A stretch of DNA of 64,000 nt from Lingula anatina (Eukaryota; Animalia; Brachiopoda), in assembly GCA_051362555.1 (NCBI GenBank), contig CM120643.1:11160001-11224000 (forward strand), written 5' to 3'. A program made the translations under genes and the position numbers. This document shows positions 25,401 through 40,400 of this stretch, one piece after another. Numbering within the stretch: position 1 is the first letter of the stretch; the number at the start of each line of letters is the position of its first letter. The notes beneath the pieces were generated by a model. That model saw nothing but the letters and a program-made list of their open reading frames with translations, ran no database searches and was not told the DNA's origin.

Positions 25401-28400
25401 GGTAGGGATGAAATTTTTTTTTCTTCATTATAGTGTCAGATAGGTGTGTTCGGTCATTTGTAGTAAGAATAAAGTGCTGGAAGAGTGGTGGTGTCAACAT
25501 TAAGGAAGAAATAGAGCAAAAACTCTGTCTCCCCCCCCCCCCTCTCAGATTCTGTTCTCAGAGCTTATTTTTGGATCATCTTTAAAGCTAGAATTGGGGG
25601 CCTTGATGAAGTGACCCGGGCGCGTTTCCACATTTTTTATGAATGACAGGTGTGGTAGATTGATTTTCGTCACTTTTTGGAAAAATCGGAGACGGGTCGA
25701 TTTTTGGTGATTTTGAGTGATTTTGAACAGTGCCGGCACTGTGAGATTTCTTCAATTTTGGCGAGGTAGGGATGAAAATTTTTTTCTTCATTATAGTGTC
25801 AGGTAGGTGTGTTCGGTCATTTGTAGTAAGAATAGAGTGCTGGAAGAGTGGTGGTGTCAACATTAAGGAAGAAATAGAGCAAAAACTCTGTCTCCCCCCC
25901 CCTCTCAGATTCTGTTCTCAGAGCTTATTTTTGGATCATCTTTAAAGCTAGAATTGGGGGCCTTGATGAAGTGACCCGGGCGCGTTTCCACATTTTTTAT
26001 GAATGACAGGTGTGGTAGATTGATTTTCGTCACTTTTTGGAAAAATCGGAGACGGGTCGATTTTTGGTGATTTTGAGTGATTTTGAACAGTGCCGGCACT
26101 GTGAGATTTCTTCAATTTTGGCCAGGTAGGGATGAAAAATTTTTTTCTTCATTATAGTGTCAGGTAGGTGTGTTCGGTCATTTGTAGTAAGAATAAAGTG
26201 CTGAAAAAGTGGTGCTGTCAACATTAAGGAAGAAATAGAGCAGAAACTCTGTCTCCCTCCCCCCTCTCAGATTCTGTTCTCAGAGCTTATTTTTGGATCA
26301 TCTTTAAAGCTAGAATTGGGGGCCTTGATGAAGTGACCCAGGCGCGTTTCCACATTTTTTATGAATGACAGGTGTGGTAGATTGATTTTTGTCACTTTTT
26401 GGAAAAATCGAAGACGGGTCGATTTTTGGTGATTTTGAGTGATTTTGAACAGTGCCGGCACTGTGAGATTTCTTCAATTTTGGCCAGGTAGGGATGAAAA
26501 ATTTTTTTCTTCATTATAGTGTCAGGTAGGTGTGTTCGGTCATTGGTAGTAAGAATAAAGTGCTGGAAGAGTGGTGGTGTCAACATTAAGGAAGAAATAG
26601 AGCAAAAACTCTGTCTCCCCCCCCCCCCTCAGATTCTGTTCTCAGAGCTTATTTTTGGATCATCTTTAAAGCTAGAATTGGGGGCCTTGATGAAGTGACC
26701 CGGGCGCGTTTCCACATTTTTTATGAATGACAGGTGTGGTAGATTGATTTTCGTCAATTTTTTGAAAAATCGGAGACGGGTCGATTTTTGGTGATTTTGA
26801 GTGATTTTGAACAGTGCCGGCACTGTGAGATTTCTTCAATTTTGGCCAGGTAGGGATGAAAATTTTTTTTTCTTCATTATAGTGTCAGGTAGGTGTGTTC
26901 CGTCATTTGTAGTAAGAATAGAGTGCTGGAAGAGTGGTGGTGTCAACATTAAGGAAGAAATAGAGCAAAAACTCTGTCTCCGTCCCCCCCCCTCTCAGAT
27001 TCTGTTCTCAGAGCTTATTTTTGGATCATCTTTAAATCTAGAATTGGGGGCCTTGATGAAGTGACCCGGGCGCGTTTCCACATTTTTTATGAATGACAGG
27101 TGTGGTAGATTGATTTTCGTCACTTTTTGGAAAAATCGGAGACGGGTCGATTTTTGGTGATTTTGAGTGATTTTGAACAGTGCCGGCACTGTGAGATTTC
27201 TTCAATTTTGGCCAGGTAGGGATGAAAAATTTTTTTCTTCATTATAATGTCAGGTAGGTGTGTTCGGTCATTTGTAGTAAGAATAAAGTGCTGGAAGAGT
27301 GGTGGTGTCAACATTAAGGAAGAAATAGAGCAAAAACTCTGTCTCCCCCCCCCCCTCTCAGATTCTGTTCTCAGAGCTTATTTTTGGATCATCTTTAAAG
27401 CTAGAAATGGGGGCCTTGATGAAGTGACCCGGGCGCGTTTCCACATTTTTTATGAATGACAGGTGTGGTAGATTGATTTTCGTCACTTTTTGGAAAAATC
27501 GGAGACGGGTCGATTTTTGGTGATTTTGAGTGATTTTGAACAGTGCCGGCACTGTGAGATTTCTTCAATTTTGTCCAGGTAGGGATGAAATTTTTTTTTC
27601 TTCATTATAGTGTCAGGTAGGTGTGTTCGGTCATTTGTAGTAAGAATAAAGTGCTGGAAAAGTGGTGCTGTCAACATTAAGGAAGAAATAGAGCAGAAAC
27701 TCTGTCTCCCTCCCCCCTCTCAGATTCTGTTCTCAGAGCTTATTTTTGGATCATCTTTAAAGCTAGAATTGGGGGCCTTGATGAAGTGACCCAGGCGCGT
27801 TTCCACATTTTTTATGAATGACAGGTGTGGTAGATTGATTTTCGTCACTTTTTGGAAAAATCGAAGACGGGTCGATTTTTGGTGATTTTGAGTGATTTTG
27901 AACAGTGCCGGCACTGTGAGATTTCTTCAATTTTGGCCAGGTAGGGATGAAAAATTTTTTTCTTCATTATAGTGTCAGGTAGGTGTGTTCGGTCATTGGT
28001 AGTAAGAATAAAGTGCTGGAAGAGTGGTGGTGTCAACATTAAGGAAGAAATAGAGCAAAAACTCTGTCTCCCCCCCCCCTCTCAGATTCTGTTCTCAGAG
28101 CTTATTTTTGGATCATCTTGAAAGCTAGAATTGGGGGCCTTGATGAAGTGACCCGGGCGCGTTTCCACATTTTTTATGAATGACAGGTGTGGTAGATTGA
28201 TTTTCGTCAATTTTTTGAAAAATCGGAGACGGGTCGATTTTTGGTGATTTTGAGTGATTTTGAACAGTGCCGGCACTGTGAGATTTCTTCAATTTTGGCC
28301 AGGTAGGGATGAAAATTCTTTTTCTTCATTATAGTGTCAGGTAGGTGTGTTCTGTCATTTGTAGTAAGAATAGAGTGCTGGAAGAGTGGTGGTGTCAACA

Positions 28401-31400
28401 TTAAGGAAGAAATAGAGCAAAAACTCTGTCCCCCCCCCCTCTCAGATTCTGTTCTCAGAGCTTATTTTTGGATCATCTTTAAAGCTAGAATTGGGGGCCT
28501 TGATGAAGTGACCCGGGCGCGTTTCCACATTTTTTATGAATGACAGGTGTGGTAGATTGATTTTCGTCACTTTTTGGAAAAATCGGAGACGGGTCGATTT
28601 TTGGTGATTTTGAGTGATTTTGAACAGTGCCGGCACTGTGAGATTTCTTCAATTTTGGCCAGGTAGGGATGAAAATTTTTTTTCTTCATTATAGTGTCAG
28701 GTAGGTGTGTTCGGTCATTTGTAGTAAGAATAAAGTGCTGGAAGAGTGGTGGTGTCAACATTAAGGAAGAAATAGAGCAAAAACTCTGTCTCCCCCCCCC
28801 CCCTCTCAGATTCTGTTCTCAGAGCTTATTTTTGGATCATCTTTAAAGCTAGAATTGGGGGCCTTGATGAAGTGACCCGGGCACTTTTCCACATTTTTTA
28901 TGAATGACAGGTGTGGTAGATTGATTTTCGTCACTTTTTGGAAAAATCGGAGACGGGTCGATTTTTGGTGATTTTGAGTGATTTTGAACAGTGCCGGCAC
29001 TGTGAAATTTCTTCAATTTTGGCCAGGTAGGGATGAAATTTTTTTTTCTTCATTATAGTGTCAGGTAGGTGTGTTCGGTCATTTGTAGTAAGAATAAAGT
29101 GCTGGAAGAGTGGTGCTGTCAACATTAAGGAAGAAATAGAGCAGAAACTCTGTCTCCCTCCCCCCTCTCAGATTCTGTTCTCAGAGCTTATTTTTGGATC
29201 ATCTTTAAAGCTAGAATTGGGGGCCTTGATGAAGTGACCCGGGCGCGTTTCCACATTTTTTATGAATGACAGGTGTGGTAGATTGATTTTCGTCACTTTT
29301 TGGAAAAATCGGAGACAGGTCGATTTTTGGTGATTTTGAGTGATTTTGAACAGTGCCGGCACTGTGAGATTTCTTCAATTTTCGCCAGGTAGGGATGAAA
29401 ATTTTTTTTCTTCATTATAGTGTCAGGTAGGTGTGTTCGGTCATTGGTAGTAAGAATAAAGTGCTGGAAGAGTGGTGGTGTCAACATTAAGGAAGAAATA
29501 GAGCAAAAAATCTGTCTCCCCCCCCCTCTCAGATTCTGTTCTCAGAGCTAATTTTTGGATCATTTTTAAAGCTAGAATTGGGGGCCTTGATGAAGTGACC
29601 CGGGCGCGTTTCCACATTTTTTATGAATGACAGGTGTGGTAGATTGATTTTCGTCACTTTTTGGAAAAATCGGAGACGGGTCGATTTTTGGTGATTTTGA
29701 GTGATTTTGAACAGTGCCGGCACTGTGAGATTTCTTCAATTTTGGCCAGGTAGGGATGAAATTTTTTTTTCTTCATTATAGTGTCAGGTAGGTGTGTTCG
29801 GTCATTTGTAGTAAGAATAAAGTGCTGGAAGAGTGGTGGTGTCAACATTAAGGAAGAAATAGAGCAAAAACTCTGTCTCCCCCCCCCCCCCCTCTCAGAT
29901 TCTGTTCTCAGAGCTTTTTTTTGGATCATCTTTAAAGCTAGAATTGGGGGCCTTGATGAAGTGACCCGGGCGCGTTTCCACATTTTTTATGAATGACAGG
30001 TGTGGTAGATTGATTTTCGTCACTTTTTGGAAAAATCGGAGACGGGTCGATTTTTGGTGATTTTGAGTGATTTTGAACAGTGCCGGCACTGTGAGATTTC
30101 TTCAATTTTGGCCAGGTAGGGATGAAAATTTTTTTTCTTCATTATAGTGTCAGGTAGGTGTGTTCGGTCATTTGTAGTAAGAATAAAGTGCTGGAAGAGT
30201 GGTGGTGTCAACATTAAGGAAGAAATAGGGCAAAAACTCTGTCTCCCCCCCCCCCCCTCTCAGATTCTGTTCTCAGAGCTAATTTTTGGATCATTTTTAA
30301 AGCTAGAATTGGGGGCCTTGATGAAGTGACCCGGGCGCGTTTCCACATTTTTTATGAATGACAGGTGTGGTAGATTGATTTTCGTCACTTTTTGGAAAAA
30401 TCGGAGACGGGTCAATTTTTGGTGATTTTGAGTGATTTTGAACAGTGCCAGCACTGTGAGATTTCTTCAATTTTGGCCAGGTAGGGATGAAAATTTTTTT
30501 TCTTCATTATAGTGTCAGGTAGGTGTGTTCGGTCATTTGTAGTAAGAATAAAGTGCTGGAAGAGTGGTGGTGTCAACATTAAGGAAGAAATAGAGCAAAA
30601 ACTCTGTCTCCCCCCCCCCCTCTCAGATTCTGTTCTCAGAGCTTATTTTTGGATCATCTTTAAAGCTAGAATTGGGGGCCTTGATGAAGTGACCCGGGCG
30701 CGTTTCCACATTTTTTATGAATGACAAGTGTGGTAGATTGATTTTCGTCACTTTTTGGAAAAAATCGGAGATGGGTCGATTTTTGGTGATTTTGAGTGAT
30801 TTTGAACAGTGCCGGCACTGTGAGATTTCTTCAATTTTGGCCAGGTAGGGATGAAAATTTTTTTCTTCATTATAGTGTCGGGTAGGTGTGTTCGGTCATT
30901 TGTAGTAAGAATAAAGTGCTGGAAGAGTGGTGGTGTCAACATTAAGGAAGAAATAGAGCAAAAACTCTATCTCCCCCCCCCCTCTCAGATTCTGTTCTCA
31001 GAGCTTATTTTTGGATCATCTTTAAAGCTAGAATTGGGGGCCTTGATGAAGTGACCCGGGCGCGTTTCCACATTTTTTATGAATGACAGGTGTGGTAGAT
31101 TGATTTTCGTCACTTTTTGGAAAAATCGGAGACGGGTCGATTTTTGGTGATTTTGAGTGATTTTGAACAGTGCCGGCACTGTGAGATTTCTTCAATTTTG
31201 GCCAGGTAGGGATGAAAATTTTTTTTCTTCATTATAGTGTCAGGTAGGTGTGTTCGGTCATTTATAGTAAGAATAAAGTGCTGGAAGAGTGGTGGTGTCA
31301 ACATTAAGGAAGAAATAGAGCAAAAACTCTGTCTCCCCCCCCTCTCAGATTCTGTTCTCAGAGCTTATTTTTGGATCATCTTTAAAGCTAGAATTGGGGT

Positions 31401-34400
31401 CCTTGATCAAGTGACCCGGGCGCGTTTCCACATTTTTTATGAATGACAGGTGTGGTAGATTGATTTTCGTCACTTTTTGGAAAAATTGGAGACGGGTCGA
31501 TTTTTGGTGATTTTGAGTGATTTTGAACAGTGCCGGCGCTGTGAGATTTCTTCAATTTTGGCCAGGTAGGGATGAAAATTTTTTTTCTTCATTATAGTGT
31601 CAGGTAGGTGTGTTAGGTCATTTGTAGTAAGAATAAAGTGCTGGAAGAGTTGTGGTGTCAACATTAAGGAAGAAATAGAGCAAAAACTCTGTCTCCCCCC
31701 CCCCCCCCCCCTCTCAGATTCTGTTCTCAGAGCTTATTTTTGGATCATCTTTAAAGCTAGAATTGGGGGCCTTGATGAAGTGACCCGGGCGTGTTTCCAC
31801 ATTTTTTATGAATGACAGGTGTGGTAGATTGATTTTCATCACTTTTTGGAAAAATCGGAGACGGGTCGATTTTTGGTGATTTTGAGTGATTTTGAACAGT
31901 GCCGGCACTTTGAGATTTCTTCAATTTTGGCCAGGTAGGGATGAAATTTTTTTTTCTTCATTATAGTGTCAGATAGGTGTGTTCGGTCATTTGTAGTAAG
32001 AATAAAGTGCTGGAAGAGTGGTGGTGTCAACATTAAGGAAGAAATAGAGCAAAAACTCTGTCTCCCCCCCCCCCCTCTCAGATTCTGTTCTCAGAGCTTA
32101 TTTTTGGATCATCTTTAAAGCTAGAATTGGGGGCCTTGATGAAGTGACCCGGGCGCGTTTCCACATTTTTTATGAATGACAGGTGTGGTAGATTGATTTT
32201 CGTCACCTTTTTGGAAAAATCGGAGACGGGTCGATTTTTGGTGATTTTGAGTGATTTTGAACAGTGCCGGCACTGTGAGATTTCCTCAATTTTGGCCAGG
32301 TAGGGATGAAAATTTTTTTTCTTCATTATAGTGTCAGGTAGGTGTGTTCGGTCATTTGTAGTAAGAATAAAGTGCTGGAAGAGTGGTGGTGTCAACATTA
32401 AGGAAGAAATAGAGCAAAAACTCTGTCTCCCCCCCCCCCCCCTCTCAGATTCTGTTCTCAGAGCTTATTTTTGGATCATCTTTAAAGCTAGAATTGGGGG
32501 CCTTGATGAAGTGACCCGGGCGCGTTTCCACATTTTTTATGAATGACAGGTGTGGTAGATTGATTTTCGTCACTTTTTGGAAAAAATCGGATATGGGTCG
32601 ATTTTTGGTGATTTTAAGTGATTTTGAACAGTGCCGGCACTGTGAGATTTCTTCAATTTTGGCCAGGTAGGGATGAAAATTCTTTTTCTTCATTATAGTG
32701 TCGGGTAGGTGTGTTTGGTCATTTGTAGTAAGAATAAATTGCTGGAAGAGTGGTGGTGTCAACATTAAGGAAGAAATAGAGCAAAAACTCTATCTCCCCC
32801 CCCCCCACTCTCAGATTCTGTTCTCAGAGCTTATTTTTGGATCATCTTTAAAGCTAGAATTGGGGGCCTTGATGAAGTGACCCGGGCGCGTTTCCACTTT
32901 TTTTTTTATGATTGACAGGTGTGGTAGATTGATTTTCGTCACTTTTTGGAAAAATCGGAGACGGGTCGATTTTTGGTGATTTTGAGTGATTTTGAACAGT
33001 GCCGGCACTGTGAGATTTCTTCAATTTTGGTCAGGTAGGGATGAAAATTTTTTTTCTTCATTATAGTGTAAGGTAGGTGTGTTCGGTCATTGGTAGTAAG
33101 AATAAAGTGCTGGAAGAGTGGTGGTGTCAACATTAAGGAAGAAATAGAGCAAAAACTCTGTCTCCCCCCCCCCTCTCAGATTCTGTTCTCAGAGCTTATT
33201 TTTGGATCATCTTTAAAGCTAGAATTGGGGGCCTTGATGAAGTGACCCGGGCGCGTTTCCACATTTTTTATGAATGACAGGTGTGGTAGATTGATTTTCG
33301 TCACTTTTTGGAAAAATCGGAGACGGGTCGATTTTTGGTGATTTTGAGTGATTTTGAACAGTGCCGGCACTGTGAGATTTCTTCAATTTTGGCCAGGTAG
33401 GGATGAAAATTTTTTTCTTCATTATAGTGTCAGGTAGGTGTGTTCGGTCATTTGTAGTAAGAATAGAGTGCTGGAAGAGTGGTGGTGTCAACATTAAGGA
33501 AGAAATAGAGCAAAAACTCTGTCTCCCCCCCCTCTCAGATTCTGTTCTCAGAGCTTATTTTTGGATCATCTTTAAAGCTAGAATTGGGGGCCTTGATGAA
33601 GTGACCCGGGCGCGTTTCCACATTTTTTATGAATGACAGGTGTGGTAGATTGATTTTCGTCACTTTTTGGAAAAATCGGAGACGGGTCGATTTTTGGTGA
33701 TTTTGAGTGATTTTGAACAGTGCCGGCACTGTGAGATTTCTTCAATTTTGGCCAGGTAGGGATGAAAAATTTTTTTCTTCATTATAGTGTCAGGTAGGTG
33801 TGTTCGGTCATTTGTAGTAAGAATAAAGTGCTGAAAAAGTGGTGCTGTCAACATTAAGGAAGAAATAGAGCAGAAACTCTGTCTCCCTCCCCCCTCTCAG
33901 ATTCTGTTCTCAGAGCTTATTTTTGGATCATCTTTAAAGCTAGAATTGGGGGCCTTGATGAAGTGACCCAGGCGCGTTTCCACATTTTTTATGAATGACA
34001 GGTGTGGTAGATTGATTTTCGTCACTTTTTGGAAAAATCGAAGACGGGTCGATTTTTGGTGATTTTGAGTGATTTTGAACAGTGCCGGCACTGTGAGATT
34101 TCTTCAATTTTGGCCAGGTAGGGATGAAAAATTTTTTTCTTCATTATAGTGTCAGGTAGGTGTGTTCGGTCATTGGTAGTAAGAATAAAGTGCTGGAAGA
34201 GTGGTGGTGTCAACATTAAGGAAGAAATAGAGCAAAAACTCTGTCTCCCCCCCCCTCTCAGATTCTGTTCTCAGAGCTTATTTTTGGATCATCTTTAAAG
34301 CTAGAATTGGGGGCCTTGATGAAGTGACCCGGGCGCGTTTCCACATTTTTTATGAATGACAGGTGTGGTAGATTGATTTTCGTCAATTTTTTGAAAAATC

Positions 34401-37400
34401 GGAGACGGGTCGATTTTTGGTGATTTTGAGTGATTTTGAACAGTGCCGGCACTGTGAGATTTCTTCAATTTTGGCCAGGTAGGGATGAAAATTTTTTTTT
34501 CTTCATTATAGTGTCAGGTAGGTGTGTTCCGTCATTTGTAGTAAGAATAGAGTGCTGGAAGAGTGGTGGTGTCAACATTAAGGAAGAAATAGAGCAAAAA
34601 CTCTGTCTCCGTCCCCCCCCCTCTCAGATTCTGTTCTCAGAGCTTATTTTTGGATCATCTTTAAATCTAGAATTGGGGGCCTTGATGAAGTGACCCGGGC
34701 GCGTTTCCACATTTTTTATGAATGACAGGTGTGGTAGATTGATTTTCGTCACTTTTTGGAAAAATCGGAGACGGGTCGATTTTTGGTGATTTTGAGTGAT
34801 TTTGAACAGTGCCGGCACTGTGAGATTTCTTCAATTTTGGCCAGGTAGGGATGAAAAATTTTTTTCTTCATTATAATGTCAGGTAGGTGTGTTCGGTCAT
34901 TTGTAGTAAGAATAAAGTGCTGGAAGAGTGGTGGTGTCAACATTAAGGAAGAAATAGAGCAAAAACTCTGTCTCCCCCCCCCCCTCTCAGATTCTGTTCT
35001 CAGAGCTTATTTTTGGATCATCTTTAAAGCTAGAAATGGGGGCCTTGATGAAGTGACCCGGGCGCGTTTCCACATTTTTTATGAATGACAGGTGTGGTAG
35101 ATTGATTTTCGTCACTTTTTGGAAAAATCGGAGACGGGTCGATTTTTGGTGATTTTGAGTGATTTTGAACAGTGCCGGCACTGTGAGATTTCTTCAATTT
35201 TGTCCAGGTAGGGATGAAATTTTTTTTTCTTCATTATAGTGTCAGGTAGGTGTGTTCGGTCATTTGTAGTAAGAATAAAGTGCTGGAAAAGTGGTGCTGT
35301 CAACATTAAGGAAGAAATAGAGCAGAAACTCTGTCTCCCTCCCCCCTCTCAGATTCTGTTCTCAGAGCTTATTTTTGGATCATCTTTAAAGCTAGAATTG
35401 GGGGCCTTGATGAAGTGACCCAGGCGCGTTTCCACATTTTTTATGAATGACAGGTGTGGTAGATTGATTTTCGTCACTTTTTGGAAAAATCGAAGACGGG
35501 TCGATTTTTGGTGATTTTGAGTGATTTTGAACAGTGCCGGCACTGTGAGATTTCTTCAATTTTGGCCAGGTAGGGATGAAAAATTTTTTTCTTCATTATA
35601 GTGTCAGGTAGGTGTGTTCGGTCATTGGTAGTAAGAATAAAGTGCTGGAAGAGTGGTGGTGTCAACATTAAGGAAGAAATAGAGCAAAAACTCTGTCTCC
35701 CCCCCCCTCTCAGATTCTGTTCTCAGAGCTTATTTTTGGATCATCTTTAAAGCTAGAATTGGGGGCCTTGATGAAGTGACCCGGGCGCGTTTCCACATTT
35801 TTTATGAATGACAGGTGTGGTAGATTGATTTTCGTCAATTTTTTGAAAAATCGGAGACGGGTCGATTTTTGGTGATTTTGAGTGATTTTGAACAGTGCCG
35901 GCACTGTGAGATTTCTTCAATTTTGGCCAGGTAGGGATGAAAATTCTTTTTCTTCATTATAGTGTCAGGTAGGTGTGTTCTGTCATTTGTAGTAAGAATA
36001 GAGTGCTGGAAGAGTGGTGGTGTCAACATTAAGGAAGAAATAGAGCAAAAACTCTGTCCCCCCCCCCCTCTCAGATTCTGTTCTCAGAGCTTATTTTTGG
36101 ATCATCTTTAAAGCTAGAATTGGGGGCCTTGATGAAGTGACCCGGGCGCGTTTCCACATTTTTTATGAATGACAGGTGTGGTAGATTGATTTTCGTCACT
36201 TTTTGGAAAAATCGGAGACGGGTCGATTTTTGGTGATTTTGAGTGATTTTGAACAGTGCCGGCACTGTGAGATTTCTTCAATTTTGGCCAGGTAGGGATG
36301 AAAATTTTTTTTCTTCATTATAGTGTCAGGTAGGTGTGTTCGGTCATTTGTAGTAAGAATAAAGTGCTGGAAGAGTGGTGGTGTCAACATTAAGGAAGAA
36401 ATAGGGCAAAAACTCTGTCTCCCCCCCCCCCTCTCAGATTCTGTTCTCAGAGCTAATTTTTGGATCATTTTTAAAGCTAGAATTGGGGGCCTTGATGAAG
36501 TGACCCGGGCGCGTTTCCACATTTTTTATGAATGACAGGTGTGGTAGATTGATTTTCGTCACTTTTTGGAAAAATCGGAGACGGGTCAATTTTTGGTGAT
36601 TTTGAGTGATTTTGAACAGTGCCAGCACTGTGAGATTTCTTCAATTTTGGCCAGGTAGGGATGAAAATTTTTTTTCTTCATTATAGTGTCAGGTAGGTGT
36701 GTTCGGTCATTTGTAGTAAGAATAAAGTGCTGGAAGAGTGGTGGTGTCAACATTAAGGAAGAAATAGAGCAAAAACTCTGTCTCCCCCCCCCTCTCAGAT
36801 TCTGTTCTCAGAGCTTTTTTTTGGATCATCTTTAAAGCTAGAATTGGGGGCCTTGATGAAGTGACCCGGGCGCGTTTCCACATTTTTTATGAATGACAGG
36901 TGTGGTAGATTGATTTTCGTCACTTTTTGGAAAAATTGGAGACGGGTCGATTTTTGGTGATTTTGAGTGATTTTGAACAGTGCCGGCACTGTGAGATTTC
37001 TTCAATTTTGGCCAGGTAGGGATGAAAATTTTTTTTCTTCATTATAGTGTCAGGTAGGTGTGTTCGGTCATTTGTAGTAAGAATAAAGTGCTGGAAGAGT
37101 GGTGGTGTCAACATTAAGGAAGAAATAGAGCAAAAACTCTGTCTCCCCCCCCCCTCTCAGATTCTGTTCTCAGAGCTTTTTTTTGGATCATCTTTAAAGC
37201 TAGAATTGGGGGCCTTGATGAAGTGACCCGGGCGCGTTTCCACATTTTTTATGAATGACAGGTGTGGTAGATTGATTTTCGTCACTTTTTGGAAAAATCG
37301 GAGACGGGTCGATTTTTGGTGATTTTGAGTGATTTTGAACAGTGCCGGCACTGTGAGATTTCTTCACTTTTGGCCAGGTAGGGATGAAAATTTTTTTTCT

Positions 37401-40400
37401 TCATTATAGTGTCAGGTAGGTGTGTTCGGTCATTTGTAGTAAGAATAAAGTGCTGGAATAGTGGTGGTGTCAACATTAAGGAAGAAATAGAGCAAAAACT
37501 CTGTCTCCCCCCCCCCTCTCAGATTCTGTTCTCAGAGCTTTTTTTTGGATCATCTTTAAAGCTAGAATTGGGGGCCTTGATGAAGTGACCCGGGCGCGTT
37601 TCCACATTTTTTATGAATGACAGGTGTGGTAGATTGATTTTCGTCACTTTTTGGAAAAATTGGAGACGGGTCGATTTTTGGTGATTTTGAGTGATTTTGA
37701 ACAGTGCCGGCACTGTGAGATTTTTTCAATTTTGGCCAGGTAGGGATGAAAATTTTTTTTCTTCATTATAGTGTCAGGTAGGTGTGTTCGGTCATTTGTA
37801 GTAAGAATAAAGTGCTGGAAGAGTGGTGGTGTCAACATTAAGGAAGAAATAGAGCAAAAACTCTGTCTCCCCCCCCCCCCCCCCCTCTCAGATTCTGTTC
37901 TCAGAGCTTTTTTTTGGATCATCTTTAAAGCTAGAATTGGGGGCCTTGATGAAGTGACCCGGGCGCGTTTCCACATTTTTTATGAATGACAGGTGTGGTA
38001 GATTGATTTTCGTCACTTTTTGGAAAAATTGGAGACGGGTCGATTTTTGGTGATTTTGAGTGATTTTGAACAGTGCCGGCACTGTGAGATTTCTTCAATT
38101 TTGGCCAGGTAGGGATGAAAATTTTTTTTCTTCATTATAGTGTCAGGTAGGTGTGTTCGGTCATTTGTAGTAAGAATAAAGTGCTGGAAGAGTGGTGGTG
38201 TCAACATTAAGGAAGAAATAGAGCAAAAACTCTGTCTCCCCCCCCCCCCTCTCAGATTCTGTTCTCAGAGCTTATTTTTGGATCATCTTTAAAGCTAGAA
38301 TTGGGGGCCTTGATGAAGTGACCCGGGTGCGTTTCCACATTTTTTATGCAGGTGTGGTAGATTGATTTTCGTCACTTTTTGGAAAAATCGGAGACGGGTC
38401 GATTTTTGGTGATTTTGAGTGATTTTGAACAGTGCCGGCACTGTGAGATTTCTTCAATTTTGGCCAGGTAGGGATGAAAATTTTTTTTCTTCATTATGGT
38501 GTCACGTAGGTGTGTTTGGTCATTTGTAGTAAGAATAAAGTGCTGAGAGAGTGGTGGTGTCAACATTAAGGAAGAAATAGAGCAAAAACTCTGTCTCCCC
38601 CCCCCCTCTCAGATTCTGTTCTCAGAGCTTATTTTTGGATCATCTTTAAAGCTAGAATTGGGGGCCTTGATGAAGTGACCCGGGCGCGTTTCCACATTTT
38701 TTATGAATGACAGGTGTGGTAGATTGATTTTCGTCACTTTTTGGAAAAATCGGAGACGGGTCGATTTTTGGTGATTTTGAGTGATTTTGAACAGTGCCGG
38801 CACTGTGAGATTTCTTCAATTTTGGCCAGGTAGGGATGAAAAATTTTTTTCTTCATTATAATGTCAGGTAGGTGTGTTCGGTCATTTGTAGTAAGAATAA
38901 AGTGCTGGAAGAGTGGTGGTGTCAACATTAAGGAAGAAATAGAGCAAAAACTCTGTCTCCCCCCCCCCCTCTCAGATTCTGTTCTCAGAGCTTATTTTTG
39001 GATCATCTTTAAAGCTAGAAATGGGGGCCTTGATGAAGTGACCCGGGCGCGTTTCCACATTTTTTATGAATGACAGGTGTGGTAGATTGATTTTCGTCAC
39101 TTTTTGGAAAAATCGGAGACGGGTCGATTTTTGGTGATTTTGAGTGATTTTGAACAGTGCCGGCACTGTGAGATTTCTTCAATTTTGTCCAGGTAGGGAT
39201 GAAATTTTTTTTTCTTCATTATAGTGTCAGGTAGGTGTGTTCGGTCATTGGTAGTAAGAATAAAGGGCTGGAAGAGTGGTGGTGTCAACATTAAGGAAGA
39301 AATAGAGCAAAAACTCTGTCTCCCCCCCCCCTCTCAGATTCTGTTCTCAGAGCTTATTTTTGGATCATCTTTAAAGCTAGAAATGGGGGCCTTGATGAAG
39401 TGACCCGGGCGCGTTTCCACATTTTTTATGAATGACAGGTGTGGTAGATTGATTTTCGTCAATTTTTTGAAAAATCGGAGACGGGTCGATTTTTGGTGAT
39501 TTTGAGTGATTTTGAACAGTGCCGGCACTGTGAGATTTCTTCAATTTTGGCCAGGTAGGGATGAAAATTCTTTTTCTTCATTATAGTGTCAGGTAGGTGT
39601 GTTCTGTCATTTGTAGTAAGAATAGAGTGCTGGAAGAGTGGTGGTGTCAACATTAAGGAAGAAATAGAGCAAAAACTCTGTCTCCCCCCCCCCTCTCAGA
39701 TTCTGTTCTCAGAGCTTATTTTTGGATCATCTTTAAAGCTAGAATTGGGGGCCTTGATGAAGTGACCCGGGCGCGTTTCCACATTTTTTATGAATGACAG
39801 GTGTGGTAGATTGATTTTCGTCACTTTTTGGAAAAATCGGAGACGGGTCGATTTTTGGTGATTTTGAGTGATTTTGAACAGTGCCGGCACTGTGAAATTT
39901 CTTCAATTTTGGCCAGGTAGGGATGAAATTTTTTTTTCTTCATTATAGTGTCAGGTAGGTGTGTTCGGTCATTTGTAGTAAGAATAAAGTGCTGGAAGAG
40001 TGGTGCTGTCAACATTAAGGAAGAAATAGAGCAGAAACTCTGTCTCCCTCCCCCCTCTCAGATTCTGTTCTCAGAGCTTATTTTTGGATCATCTTTAAAG
40101 CTAGAATTGGGGGCCTTGATGAAGTGACCCGGGCGCGTTTCCACATTTTTTATGAATGACAGGTGTGGTAGATTGATTTTCGTCACTTTTTGGAAAAATC
40201 GGAGACGGGTCGATTTTTGGTGATTTTGAGTGATTTTGAACAGTGCCGGCACTGTGAGATTTCTTCAATTTTGGCCAGGTAGGGATGAAAAGTTTTTTTC
40301 TTCATTATAGTGTCAGGTAGGTGTGTTCGGTCATTGGTAGTAAGAATAAAGTGCTGGAAGAGTGGTGGTGTCAACATTAAGGAAGAAATAGAGCAAAAAA

